DNA of 64,000 bases from Schizochytrium sp. TIO01 (GCA_004764695.1 SMSO01000031.1:6740761-6804760); one strand, 5' to 3'. Counted from the first letter of the stretch, positions 23,733-35,451 are shown. Notes: generated by a model not told the origin, from the sequence alone. Translations and numbers: made by a program.

Positions 23733-24470
23733 TTACAAGCCTACTCCATCGAGCGTATCAATCAAAACTTGGCAATTGTCCTTACAATTACAAGCTTCGC
23801 AGTCTCGGCGAATGCGACTGACGAGCCATTTGTTTGCCCTTGCAAGGTTCCAAAGTGCTACACGCGAGGGAACCATCTCTAACAGCTGTTTGGCAATACC
23901 ACACGAATCAAGGTCTTTCTCAAGGTCTTCTTCTACTAAGTCGTCATCGTCCAACTCGTTTGAACTCAGCGAACATATTATAGAACAGAGCCCTGCAGCA
24001 CGAGCTCCTCCAATCACGAAGCGAGAGTTCGCGTGGAGGTCGTCGGCAAAGAACTCCCGCACTGCATCATCAAGATATAAGCATCGGACAAGGTTGGTAA
24101 GGTGGCACAGGTACATGAAAATGCTTGGCCGCTGTCTAATTGACTCGACTGGTAGCCTCGCACGAAGCTTTGCGATTGCTTGGGCTTGCGGAGAATTGGA
24201 GTCATCTTCATCTTCATCATCACTGCTCAAGAAGGCATTTTCATCCTCTACAAAGAGGTCCAACCTAGGTTCCTGACTGCCTGAGGATTTTGTCAATCTT
24301 CTACTCTCCTTAAAACACTCAAGCTCAGCAACCAGATCCAAGACAAATTGTTCTAGAGACTCCGGAGTAAGAGGATCCTCTCGAAGCAGGGCACTGTTGT
24401 GGTTTGACAATGACCCTACCTGTGCCGCAAGTGCTGGCAGGCCAAGCACGGCAGCTGTACTAGAATTCAT
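23733..24470 (-). CDS. Hypothetical acidic protein (about 245 aa)
   Basis: Long ORF with coding-like composition and two D/E tracts. First ATG at 24470; a TTAG just upstream could be a splice acceptor. Confidence 0.6.
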   Translation of the reverse strand: MNSSTAAVLGLPALAAQVGSLSNHNSALLREDPLTPESLEQFVLDLVAELECFKESRRLTKSSGSQEPRLDLFVEDENAFLSSDDEDEDDSNSPQAQAIAKLRARLPVESIRQRPSIFMYLCHLTNLVRCLYLDDAVREFFADDLHANSRFVIGGARAAGLCSIICSLSSNELDDDDLVEEDLEKDLDSCGIAKQLLEMVPSRVALWNLARANKWLVSRIRRDCEACNCKDNCQVLIDTLDGVGL

Positions 24471-25591
24471 CAACACTAATACAACTTTGCATGGTAAACA
24501 CAGGTACTCTGAAAGGCCCTAAGTAGTACTTACTTAACCTTCTGCATACCACCAAGTTGTTTCTTTTGAAGGTTTATTCCTAAAGTAGGCTTCCTCAACA
24601 TAAACGTACAAAACCTTGTTGAACTTCTTGCCGGGCTCGGTTCTTGCAGGCTCGCAGGATGATTTTCAAGTTAGAATAAGAAGTATTGCCATTGGCAAAC
24701 CTTGGCCTTTCTTATTCATTAAATAGCAATGTTCTCATAAAGTCATCTCAAGTTTTTATGGTCTTCTCAAATGCCTCATCAGAGTATCTTTCAATGACCA
24801 CTCCGTCTGCAATTCCACTCCATCTACAATTCCACACTTCAAAAGGACCACGCTGTTGCTTCTCGAAAGTGGTATTGTCTTTTCTTTCGCTTCAAGTTGT
24901 ATAATGAAGAACCTGCAGGTAAAGAGAGAGAGAGTAGACAGCTATAAAAAATAAAACAGGAACAGAAAAGATGTGAATCTATGAACTAGTCATCCACAAA
25001 CCTATTATGCTGATGTTCTCATTTTCCCAAACCTTTGCGCAATTCATATCTCGAGGTAATTCGTAGGTCAACCCTCTCCCTGAATTCAGCCAAACTTAGG
25101 TCCGCACAATGGATGACAACTTCAGTTGATACTGATACTTATACTTTTAAAATGTTAACCACACGCGAACGTTGACCCAGAAAAGCAACCCGAAGGTCAT
25201 TAGACCTGAAACCGTTGGGCCACTTTTAGAGAGGCCCTCATAAAAATCATTGCAGATTGATAGACTGTGATTCTGTTTTCAACGTTGATCTGAAGCTGGG
25301 TCCAGTTTAAAGACCCAAGACTCAGGTCTTTTCACAAGCAACAAAGACCAAATAGGCGCTGTCTGGCAATCCTAGAAAATTGCAAGGCAGAGGATTATGA
25401 AGACAACTTTGCCTCGAGAAGGTCACTTGGTTGCGCTTGATACGTTGGGAGGATGCCAAGGCATGGGACACGAAGAGTGCAGGCCCATAAACGAGGGGAA
25501 GGGTTTAGTGGAAGCTGAAAACTTGCAACATATGGAGTCGCGGCGCAAGAGACCTCGCCGAGGAGGACTTGGGTGGAATGGAGTACATAAG

Positions 25592-28123
25592 ATGATGATT
25601 CTCGTTGTGATGCTATTAACTACAATCTCTTCCGCAGACGCGTGGCGGCGTTGGACGCTGAGGAATGGAACTAAGGACTCTACGCATCCCGCAGCACGAC
25701 GTGGACATTCACTACTTATGTATGACAATAGAGTCGTTCTTTTTGGAGGCAAGGGAAACGACATTAACCGTCTCCACACGCCGAAAACATATGAACTTAT
25801 AGAGGTAGATGGCGTTCTCGAGTTCAAGAGCTACGACAAGAAAAAAGTGGAAAAGGGAACTGAAGAAACCGTCCAGCTTGTTGAAAATGATGAGTTCATT
25901 GAAGAGTGTATTCCTCTCATAGATTCAGACCCAGAAGCGGCCATGGCTCGCCCAGACTGTGACTTCAATGGCACTAAAACAGACAAGGACGATGTCGACA
26001 ACTATGTCCCAAGCAGTGACTATTATAATGATCTATGGTGGTATGACCTTGATTGCGAGAGGTATTCGGATGAACCATGTGCTAACCAGACATGGGAAGT
26101 TGTTGATCCTGGTGCAGCACGTGGAGGATGCCTTCTCTATGATGGAGTCAACGTTTGTACACATCCAACAGAGAGATACAATCATCAGGCTCAGGTGATA
26201 AATAACCAGTACATGCTTGTTTGGGGTGGATTTTCTAAATTCTGTGAAGATTACTGCGATGATGCTTGGGTATTCCTCTTTCCTGGAGAGGACGACAGTC
26301 TCGCTAATATTACTGCAGGTGAGCGCTGGGTACAGCTCGAGCCGTTAACAACGCCTGGCAAACGCTGGAAAGCAAGCTCTACTCTGGTCAACAACTTTAT
26401 CATTTTTTTCTTTGGAGGTCACCGCCTTTGGCATGGCTTCAGTGATGATAACTCACGGGACAATCGCTGGAGCTCCTATTCAGACTTGCCCAAAGGTGGA
26501 TATCTCAATGACATGTGGAAACTTAACATGAGCAATTGTGTACCTGACACTACCTATAATTTGACTGAACAATTAGACTTTTTATCAAACTGTACGGTTG
26601 CATGGGAGGAAGTAACACCTGTCAAAGAGTGCGTAGCCCGTGCTCTTTATGACAATGGCCAGCTTCGTCCTGGTTACACCTGGGAAGAACGCAACCAAAT
26701 GACATGTTACGAGATTTGGCCTTCAGCTCGCAGCGGTCACGGTATGGTTTACAAAGACAATTTCTTGTATATGTTTGGAGGCTACAAAACGTATTTCCCG
26801 TTCCCTACAACAACGTCTCGTGGCGCTGGAGAGGGTGTTCTAGAGGCTGACAGCTCAGTTACAGAGTATCGACCATCTCCAAGCTATGAGTTTTACCTCA
26901 ATGATCTGTGGCAGTATGATATTTCGTCAGGTAAATGGGTACAAATTGAGACATCTACTGATGACAGCAAGCCGTGGCCAGATCCTCGCACAGAAATGAG
27001 TTTTGTGCTTACGGATGATCTAATTGTGATGACTGGTGGCTATCGAGCGAACTACTTTTTTGACGAGCTGTGGTATCTAAATACAACTTCAAGCCGTTGG
27101 TTGAAAAAAACCAAGTTTGTGCATCCCCTTTATCCTGTCAACTGCACTGCAAATACTACCGTACAGGCTTGTCCTACGCGTGGGCGGTTGACCGATGGTC
27201 TGTATGGCCGCGCATCTGCGCCAGTGTATGTAAATGTCACAAGACGGCAAGCCCCTGGTTGGGACGGCTGTCGTGATCGAGATGATGAGCGCACTGATCT
27301 TACTTGGGAGCTCCAATATGAGCGACCGTCTCAACGCTCAAACCATGCTGTGACATACTCTTCGAAGTACAAATTGATGCTACTGTATGGTGGTCATACA
27401 TATTTAGAAGAACAACTAGAGCAGCTTGAAATCACGTACAATGTGACCGCTACTGCAGACCTTTGGGAGTACAAATTGCATCAGTGCATAAGCAATTGTT
27501 CGAACCACGGGACATGCCACTATGGTTACTGTACTTGCGACTCGGGCTATTATGGGATTGATTGCTCCAACACATCCTGTCCTGGCGATTTCTGTTACTA
27601 CGATGAGACTACAAATGAGCAAATTTGCAAGCATTGCTGCCACGCACCTTACACTCATTATGATGGGGAGGGCTATCTGTTTAATGTAGGGAAGCTTAGT
27701 TGCTCGCTAGAGCGGCCCGGGCATTCTGAAGGCATATGCGATGGCTATGGAAGTTGCCTTTGTGCTCCTCCATTTGTTGGCTTAGACTGTTCCATGAGAG
27801 ATTGTCCAAATAATTGCAGTGATAATGGCTGGTGCTCTTATGAATATCCTGTTAGTCGTTGCATGTGCAACTCAGGTTACACAGGCTCAGATTGCTCGAA
27901 TATAGAGTGTTTGAACAATTGTAGTTATCCAAATGGAGAATGCGATCTCACCACTGGAACTTGCACATGCACAATGTGGCCCAACCCATATAATCGATCA
28001 CGTAATTGGCGTCGCTACCAAGGGCTGGATTGCTCATTCCTTATTCCCTTTGCGTCAGCATCAAGTCCACTTCCGCCCATTCTTCTGGGACTTGGCACCA
28101 TGCTTTTCATTTTGTTTTTCTGA
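25592..28123 (+). CDS. Secreted/GPI-anchored kelch-repeat + EGF-like protein (attractin/teneurin-EGF-like architecture)
   Basis: Signal peptide MMILVVMLLTTISSADA (upstream in-frame ATG at 25397 also possible); six kelch R.xH...GG repeats; four EGF-like repeats such as CSNHGTCHYGYCTCDSGYYGIDC; C-terminal ASASS plus a hydrophobic tail. Confidence 0.9.
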   Translation: MMILVVMLLTTISSADAWRRWTLRNGTKDSTHPAARRGHSLLMYDNRVVLFGGKGNDINRLHTPKTYELIEVDGVLEFKSYDKKKVEKGTEETVQLVENDEFIEECIPLIDSDPEAAMARPDCDFNGTKTDKDDVDNYVPSSDYYNDLWWYDLDCERYSDEPCANQTWEVVDPGAARGGCLLYDGVNVCTHPTERYNHQAQVINNQYMLVWGGFSKFCEDYCDDAWVFLFPGEDDSLANITAGERWVQLEPLTTPGKRWKASSTLVNNFIIFFFGGHRLWHGFSDDNSRDNRWSSYSDLPKGGYLNDMWKLNMSNCVPDTTYNLTEQLDFLSNCTVAWEEVTPVKECVARALYDNGQLRPGYTWEERNQMTCYEIWPSARSGHGMVYKDNFLYMFGGYKTYFPFPTTTSRGAGEGVLEADSSVTEYRPSPSYEFYLNDLWQYDISSGKWVQIETSTDDSKPWPDPRTEMSFVLTDDLIVMTGGYRANYFFDELWYLNTTSSRWLKKTKFVHPLYPVNCTANTTVQACPTRGRLTDGLYGRASAPVYVNVTRRQAPGWDGCRDRDDERTDLTWELQYERPSQRSNHAVTYSSKYKLMLLYGGHTYLEEQLEQLEITYNVTATADLWEYKLHQCISNCSNHGTCHYGYCTCDSGYYGIDCSNTSCPGDFCYYDETTNEQICKHCCHAPYTHYDGEGYLFNVGKLSCSLERPGHSEGICDGYGSCLCAPPFVGLDCSMRDCPNNCSDNGWCSYEYPVSRCMCNSGYTGSDCSNIECLNNCSYPNGECDLTTGTCTCTMWPNPYNRSRNWRRYQGLDCSFLIPFASASSPLPPILLGLGTMLFILFF

Positions 28124-28669
28124 CGGACAACACAATACATGAAATCAGCTTTCTCGTCATTAGTAGTATATACACTGTTTTCTCCCTCTCGATTTACCCT
28201 CTCATCTGCAAGTTTTGTTCAACACCATGTTGTGAGACTTTGTAAAGCCATCCTCCTGGTTTCGAAGTTATCGTCATCTTCGCCTTCTCACACGATCTTA
28301 TTGCAAGTCTCAGACGCTCTCATCAATCTGTTACGTCAACATTTTATAACAATCATAGTATTATTAGTAGGACTTGATTAGTTTCACTACGCACTTGCCA
28401 AAGATCTTCCTCCTTCTGAAAAGTCAGCGACAGCGACAATCAGCAAACTGCAAAAACCATTGCTCAAGTCAGCTGAGGCTTGAGCAACACTTTCGAAAAC
28501 GAGCTACTGCGACAGTTCGCTACCCGTCGTCGACGTTGACATACCACTTGAAGTAAGCTTTGTAAACTGAAGTTCAAGGCGATCGTTATAGGTTTGACAA
28601 ATTGGAAAAGGTACCAGGTGAAACAAAAGCTACGTGACATCTCTTGTCCGTGACCAAGAGCTTGCAAAG

Positions 28670-29488
28670 ATGGAGTTGGAGCAACTCCAGGCAAAAGCTA
28701 CGATGGTCATGGAGTACTTGTTCTCCCCTGCCTTTCGCTGGCAAATTACGTATGACAAGAGAGACAGTTTTATTGGACCGATTGCCATAGAAGAACCCAT
28801 GTTAGTACTTGCTGGATCAGCGGTTGTTTATCTTGGTGTCTTGGCGATCACGTATGCTTTACGCGGGTTCCTTGGTGGTCTCATGGCTCTAAGAGGTGTT
28901 CATAACCTCTCCCTCTGTCTGTTTTCAGGTGCCGTCTGGATCTACACAACGTACTTGATGATGCAGGAAGGCCACTTTAGCAGTTTCCAGGCTGCTGTGT
29001 GCCAGCCAGTTAAAAGTCCCCACTTTCAAGCAATCTCCTTCATCTTCGCCTTATCAAAGATCTGGGAATGGTTTGACACGATCCTTCTTATCATCAAGGG
29101 CAACAAGTTGCGCTTTCTTCATGTGCTCCATCACACGACGACATTTTGGCTCTACGCTGTGGACCATGTTTTTCTCTCTTCAGTCAAGTACGCCGTTGCA
29201 GTCAATGCATTCATTCACTTCGTAATGTATGCTCACTACTATCGCCCATTTCCTAAGCAATTCCGGCCCATGATCACGCAGCTGCAGATCATCCAGTTCA
29301 TCTTCAGTGTAATTATTCATACATCCATCTATGCGCAATATGACTGCGACCCTCACGTCCACACCCACTTCTGGGAGTACATCACACCTTACCTCTTTGT
29401 GATTCCATACCTCGTCTTGTTCTTAAATTTTTACATTCGTCAATATGTTCTTCGGCCGACTGCACCGAAGGAGAAGAAGACCAATTAA
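28670..29488 (+). CDS. ELO/GNS1-SUR4 family fatty-acid elongase (272 aa)
   Basis: KIWEWFDT, FLHVLHH His box, NAFIHFVMYAHY, TQLQIIQF, multiple TM helices, C-terminal KKTN ER-retrieval motif. First ATG at 28670. Confidence 0.95.
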   Translation: MELEQLQAKATMVMEYLFSPAFRWQITYDKRDSFIGPIAIEEPMLVLAGSAVVYLGVLAITYALRGFLGGLMALRGVHNLSLCLFSGAVWIYTTYLMMQEGHFSSFQAAVCQPVKSPHFQAISFIFALSKIWEWFDTILLIIKGNKLRFLHVLHHTTTFWLYAVDHVFLSSVKYAVAVNAFIHFVMYAHYYRPFPKQFRPMITQLQIIQFIFSVIIHTSIYAQYDCDPHVHTHFWEYITPYLFVIPYLVLFLNFYIRQYVLRPTAPKEKKTN

Positions 29489-29641
29489 AAAAGAAAACCA
29501 GAAACTGTGTAAGTACAGGCTAGCTAGACTTCTACAACATGTATGAGCTCGAGATAAATCAAGTCTATTGAGTTCTGGTCTAATTCAACAAAATGCTTTA
29601 AATGGTTTTAAAGAAAAATAACTAAATCAAATAAACTTGAT

Positions 29642-30400
29642 CTACAATTTTAGCGTTGCGTCCTTGTACGTGCAGTTGGCTTGAGGAACATCAATAAGCA
29701 ACCCTGTATACACTCCCATATCCTCAAGCTGTGCCATGATGTCATCTATAAGATCGTCATCTCGCTCTTGCGCGCGTGTGAAAATCCAAAGGCCACTATC
29801 GTTGGTGGTGTCAGTCTTGGTTGTACACAAAATGGGATCAGTCTGCTCCACTTCGGTAGGCTGTCCACCGGAAACCACTGCCCACTGGTAGTCATCATCA
29901 ATGAGAATCACGGTATATGGGCCAGCACCAACCCAGCCAAGATAGCGTAACGCGCACAAAGTGACTTCAAGATTTCCAGTACCAGAGTCCACCTGACGTG
30001 CGCACAGGCTTTGGAAGAAACCATCACCAGACTGCTGTATTTCTGACTGATCTGCGGTCGTGCCATAATTGTAAACCTCGACGTAGCCGTCGTTCGGGAT
30101 GTAAGTGGCTACAACACAGTTGAGGTACTCCTCGGTCTGGTATTTTGTAACTTGCTGTGCCTGAATAAACCACGATTTCTCCGTGTACTTTGTCAGATTG
30201 AAATTATCAACTGGATCGACTTCAGGGCAAGTTGTCTCCCTCGAGTCCTTGCCTGTCAGCCATGACCAAAAGCTAAGTTGTCGAGAGAAGCCTGCCTCGC
30301 TCCTGAGCATGGGAGGCTGAATGACGTTAGCTCCCTCCACATGAACAGACATAAGGAGGGCGCTCACCATCACCAATGCAATCATCGTGAACCTAGACAT
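29642..30400 (-). CDS. Secreted lipocalin-family protein
   Basis: Signal peptide MSRFTMIALVMVSALLMSVHVEG; SCR1-like NFNLTKYTEKSWF, SCR2-like DDDYQWAVVSG, SCR3-like LWIFTR; terminal Cys pair. Confidence 0.8.
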   Translation of the reverse strand: MSRFTMIALVMVSALLMSVHVEGANVIQPPMLRSEAGFSRQLSFWSWLTGKDSRETTCPEVDPVDNFNLTKYTEKSWFIQAQQVTKYQTEEYLNCVVATYIPNDGYVEVYNYGTTADQSEIQQSGDGFFQSLCARQVDSGTGNLEVTLCALRYLGWVGAGPYTVILIDDDYQWAVVSGGQPTEVEQTDPILCTTKTDTTNDSGLWIFTRAQERDDDLIDDIMAQLEDMGVYTGLLIDVPQANCTYKDATLKL

Positions 30401-32665
30401 ATTTGCTCCTATGTATGTGTCTCTAACCAAGCCAGATACTCGCTGTTCACACAATCTTTTGCACGCCTACCTCAACTCAGTCGTTTGGGATCTGCTGCTT
30501 AATTTACAATCTTCCCTCATAAAATTTACAGCTCATGAATTCCGCCGTCGACAATATTGTTTTCTCGTACGAGCACTACCAAGTTCAGTAGTATCAACTA
30601 TTGAGAATCAAAGAAGAATTCTTTCACATTCAGTCCTTCAACAGCAAGTAGGGTAGGTACGTCGTGATCCCGGCTTTCAAGTCCTCCCTGCGAGACTGGA
30701 TTCTTAAACTCAATGATTGGCCAACCTTGAAGTTGCTCTTAATCTCCACACTGTGAGTTGGCTCGAATTGCGGGGAACAGTGAATTACTATTGATGTTTT
30801 CTTGCATCTGCCAAGGAGGCGTTTCCTTTTCTTGGTCCGAACCTTTGAGTCAGAGAGGATTGATAATAGAATGAATTGACGGAATACGCACGAGCTCTGG
30901 AATCAACATTGGCCTACTACAGCCTGACTGCAGCGTATGCTCGGACACGACCGATGTGACCGGGCGCCGCAATGAGGGATACCACGCACAAGACCGATTA
31001 GACCATAGTTTTGTAATGCTGCCTTTTACCCTTTTTGTTCTTTTAGTCTCTCTTGTTTGCCTTGTTTTATTTTGTTTTATGTTTTAAGTCGGTTCTCTTT
31101 TTTTTGGTTTCTTTTTATGATATGGGTCTTTTCATCTTCGACTGGAGAGTGTTTATTGATTTATTCTGCGGAGACATCCGACTGTTTTTATTAATCTGGG
31201 TGAGACCTAAGTACGCACTAGACGCAGCGTAAACGTCGGTGCACAATTTGAGTTTGGATTAAGATAACTGAAAGGTGCCGCCCTCGGAGCTTTTTTTTTA
31301 ATTTTTTTTTTAATAGTGCATCCTTGCAGACACATAGCGCGTTTTGCTGAGCTTCACAGGTGACCGGTGAAGAAAGTTTATGAAATCAAGATCGATTGAT
31401 GCAATGAAGAACTACGAACTTGAAGACCATTTTTCAGACGTTGACCTATGCACCTGGCATGCATACGAAACATGGATGATCACCAGGCTCCGATGGCTCC
31501 TGAATTGCGGTGTCGTATATTGTAAATAGAATAGTTTGCGCTGGACTGAAAAGTTATTCAGGCACAGGGAAGAAGTGGAAATGTCAGTTCTGGAAATCAT
31601 GATGACAGGAGATAGGGAGAGGTTCAGGAAAGCTTTCGTATGATGGATTAAGAAGGGCGATTCTCCTTTCCTGTATTGGGGTCCCCTGACTGTTTTTGTA
31701 CAGTCGTTGGGCATTACTTCAGAATACTAAAATCCTGTCCTGGATGGCAATGTCAACTTGAACCATATGAAATGCAACTTCTTTGTTGGGGCTCTTCTGT
31801 GAAACCTTCCTTTCAAATTGCTCGCCAACCCTCAGAAAGATAACAAACCCTATCGATGCCAGGAGATGGAAACGACGAGCTGAACCTCTGTATAGGTATT
31901 GCTGACTGATCCAATCGAATAGATGCTGACCAGTCATGCTGCTGAAATGTTGTAATTGAAAATAGTATCCTGATCTATCCTCTATCATGATTTTCACTAA
32001 TGCTTTTAAAGCCACCAGGATTACCTTATCATCTAGCATTATTCTAGCAGCATTGTTGTATTCTACGAATGTTTCGGACATCGCAGTCTACAACGGTTCC
32101 AAGGACTGAACTTACACGATTAATTCACCCATCCATATAGTAAAGACGGACTACAAAATTTGGTATTTTGGTAGAGAATATAATATTGGCTCCAAAATCT
32201 ACGATTCTTTTCAAAATGAAGCTTTCGTATAATGGAAAAACTTATTTTATTGCACGAACTCTTTTGCATACTTCATGGCGAGGGCATTCTGTGAGACATG
32301 TGAAATACATGTATAATATGTCCTGGTCCTGATCTTTCTATTCTTTCCGATTTGGCCTTTCCTCTTTACCTATGGTTAAAACCATTTTCTGATATGAAAG
32401 CATTTGATTTTGCCTGTGTCTATTCCGATTGTTTCTAAATAGAACTTTGCCTGTTTACCGGAAGTACAAGAGAACTCTTGACAATCAATGCAGATGCTTC
32501 TCGTGTCGCATCAGTAGATAAAAGAATGAGATATGAGTGTGAAGGGAAGAACCAAATCCTTGAAGTATATACAAAGGTATTAAGAAAAAAAGAATAGAAT
32601 AAAAATTACACGATGCTTCATACCGTTTTAACGTTTCTACCAATCAAGGGAAGCTTCTCGATTGA

Positions 32666-33628
32666 TTACTCATCAATTATTTTTGTCTCCCGACCACCGC
32701 TTGCACAAGTGTCTAAGTGTGGCACAGCCTGATCAGATGCAGCCTTCTGCTCTTCATATTCTTCTGAATGACTCGGCATACCGTTTTGAGCCTTTTCAGG
32801 ATTGCTGCCACTCGGTTTTACACTCTTAGATTCCAGCTCCTCATCCACAGATACTGCTACAGGCCTCTTTATAACCTTTTTGACATGATCAATAGATGTT
32901 TGTGAGACCTCGCTGACGTGGGTGTGTTGTACGACCCTCTCCACCAATCCTAGGCGCTGCAGCTCTGCAGCAATAGGATCCATGCTCTTATCAAATATTT
33001 TCATACCAAGCATAGCCATTCCCTGATTAGATTGTTTTGGCAGAGACCGTTCCATCGAGGAAGGTTTCTGGGAACCTGCTAAATCTCGCTGATGACGGCT
33101 TCTACCCCCATTTCGGCGTTGTGAGTGTTTGCGGCCTGTTTCATGAGCACTATGTTTTCTCCGCTGCACAGGGTCTACAAAAAGCTCTGCATACAAGACA
33201 GCCTCTGTTTCATCTGCTTCTTGTTTGTTACTTGGTCCAACCGCAAGAATGACCCGTCGAGCTCCAGGTTTCGACGGGTCATATCCAGGCGGCTCAGGTA
33301 TGTTTTGAGTCCCAGAGAATTTGTCCCTTTTCGAAGGTAGTTTCTGAGGATGCCATGTTTGGCCGATAAAAAACTGCAAATCATCAGAAGCCATGGCAGC
33401 CATATGAGAGCCTGCAAGTTCAAGTTGGCCCATTGCCAGTTCATCTTGTTTTTGAAAGAGTGAAGTCGACTTGCGGACCTGATACCAGGCTCCAAGCAGT
33501 GCAATCACAACGATGATGAGCTGCCGTTGCCACGGTAAGCACGGAAGGCCCTTCTTTTTCTTGATCTTTCTGACACTGTCCAGTGCTGGCGTTGCCAGGT
33601 CCTCATCGTCGGAGTATTGGAGAGACAT
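32666..33628 (-). CDS. Hypothetical single-pass (type II) membrane protein
   Basis: 320-aa ORF from ATG 33628; basic KKKK stretch followed by the TM segment LIIVVIALLGAWY; no recognisable domain. Confidence 0.6.
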   Translation of the reverse strand: MSLQYSDDEDLATPALDSVRKIKKKKGLPCLPWQRQLIIVVIALLGAWYQVRKSTSLFQKQDELAMGQLELAGSHMAAMASDDLQFFIGQTWHPQKLPSKRDKFSGTQNIPEPPGYDPSKPGARRVILAVGPSNKQEADETEAVLYAELFVDPVQRRKHSAHETGRKHSQRRNGGRSRHQRDLAGSQKPSSMERSLPKQSNQGMAMLGMKIFDKSMDPIAAELQRLGLVERVVQHTHVSEVSQTSIDHVKKVIKRPVAVSVDEELESKSVKPSGSNPEKAQNGMPSHSEEYEEQKAASDQAVPHLDTCASGGRETKIIDE

Positions 33629-34300
33629 TGCTGCCGAAAACGTCTTTGCTCTAGTTGACAATGCAAAATTTGTCTAAAATGTTAACGTTTCAAGGTTTGC
33701 CATCTTTTTTACATACAAAAGTAGGAGAGGCAATAAGAGTACCTAAGTACTAGCAACTATATCAACCTACGTACGTACTAGCAACACTGGCTAGGTGGTG
33801 AGGATCCAGAAAGGGGGCTCAAGGAGCCAAGCTTTCCTGAAGATTTAGAATCTTGTGAGCTTTGTAGGTGGATAGGTACCTACCTAGAGGCTGTCTTTTT
33901 TATCAATTGCATATTTGAAGGGAAAGCTGGACAGTATGAGAAATTATGATGATTTTTCGAGGAGTTTGCTGAATGCATGAGCCCATATTTTACAACTCTA
34001 CTAGACTAAAAGGGAAATATCGTAAATCAATTTGAAGGCTTGCAAATCCGACTTGCCAATTGTCAGTACTGTGCCTCCATCTGCATTGACGAATAACTAT
34101 ACTTGAACGTTATAGCTAAATATCAGGGCACGTCTTTGGCGTTTGAACATTTTTGTGAAATATTTTCTGTATTGATGTAAGCAACTTGTGAAAATATGTA
34201 TTTGCCAAAAACAACATGTCAATGGAAAAACAAACATTGAACTAAGTTCAAGACGGACACAGCGCCAATCGGGGATCCTGTTGTTCAATCCTTTGTTGCC

Positions 34301-35263
34301 ATGGGCCGTGGTGAAGAGATCATCGCATATGTGCTTCCTGTACGAGTGCAGCATGCTCTGCGAGACTCGCGTCGGTTCGGCAAGCTAGTCGATCAGGTGC
34401 TCATGGCAGGTGCTGCTGTTCTGGTATTGCTTTTGCACCCACGTCTTGCGAAAGACTACCTCTTGGGCGCTAAGGACTCTATTGTAGAGAGAAATTTACA
34501 ATATGGCCCAGGAAAACGACACCGCCTTGATGCCTATGGCACGCCTGAAAAGGCTAAAACCAAAGGAGTCCTTATATTTGTGCATGGTGGTGCTTGGGGT
34601 ATGGGCTGCAAAGAAATGTATGCGCTGCATGCCATGGAACTAGAGCGCCAGGGGTTCATGGTACTTGTTCTTAACTACAGGCTCTATCCGTGGGCTCGTA
34701 GTGACGAGCAAGCAGATGATGTTCGTGATGCTGTACACTGGGCACAGGAAAGGTATCCAGATGCATTTACATTTCGAGTCATGGCACATAGTTCAGGAGC
34801 ACATGTCTCTATGCTTGCTGCAATTGCTGATGCAAAACAGGGTCGCAAACTTTGCGACGGTCTCTTGCTCCTCTCAGGACCCTACGACATTGCCAAACAT
34901 TATGATTTTGAGCGCAATCGAGGGGTGCACGAGATATCATTCATGAAGCCTGCAAATGGTCACTCTTTGGAGGAGTTTCATGCTCGAAGCCCCAATCGGA
35001 TCGTTAAAGATCTCTCAACAGAGCAAATCGCACTACTTCCACACATTATGTTGTTACATGGTGGTAAAGATGACACTGTCCCCGTCGAATCGACGTTGGC
35101 TATGGAAAAGGCCCTCAATGACGCGGGGCATAAGATGGTAGAGACACATGTCTTGGATAAACATGATCATGTCGATATCCATACTGATTTTATGATTGGG
35201 GATGGGGATCTCGTGATTGATCTTTTGTCCAAATTTGTGACTACCCCTCAATCCAAATTGTAG
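34301..35263 (+). CDS. Alpha/beta hydrolase, isoprenylcysteine methylesterase (ICME)-like
   Basis: FVHGGAW oxyanion motif, NYRLYP, nucleophile elbow AHSSG, LSGPYDI..HY.FE..RGV, HGGKDDTVP (Asp), HDHVD (His). Confidence 0.85.
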   Translation: MGRGEEIIAYVLPVRVQHALRDSRRFGKLVDQVLMAGAAVLVLLLHPRLAKDYLLGAKDSIVERNLQYGPGKRHRLDAYGTPEKAKTKGVLIFVHGGAWGMGCKEMYALHAMELERQGFMVLVLNYRLYPWARSDEQADDVRDAVHWAQERYPDAFTFRVMAHSSGAHVSMLAAIADAKQGRKLCDGLLLLSGPYDIAKHYDFERNRGVHEISFMKPANGHSLEEFHARSPNRIVKDLSTEQIALLPHIMLLHGGKDDTVPVESTLAMEKALNDAGHKMVETHVLDKHDHVDIHTDFMIGDGDLVIDLLSKFVTTPQSKL

Positions 35264-35451
35264 AAAGGAATTTTTTTATTTTTGTTTCTCTTTAATTCTT
35301 TAAAGGAGTCGAGAAGCACATGTTCAAAGTGCTGAATACTGATCGCACATTTTGTGACAGGCACGTCCTCATTTTCTCAATTTACAAAACAGATTAATTT
35401 TAGAAAAAGAGAATACTAATATGGCAATTCTGGGTACAGGAGAAACTCTAT

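Noticed and set aside
24480-25120. Upstream exons for the 23733-24470 gene (splice-like sites near 24913 and 25032)
   Set aside because: Manual joining gave in-frame stops; no consistent model without transcripts.
28670-35263. Elongase, lipocalin and esterase as a lipid gene cluster
   Set aside because: Mixed orientations, unrelated pathways and intervening genes; adjacency is unremarkable in a compact eukaryotic genome.
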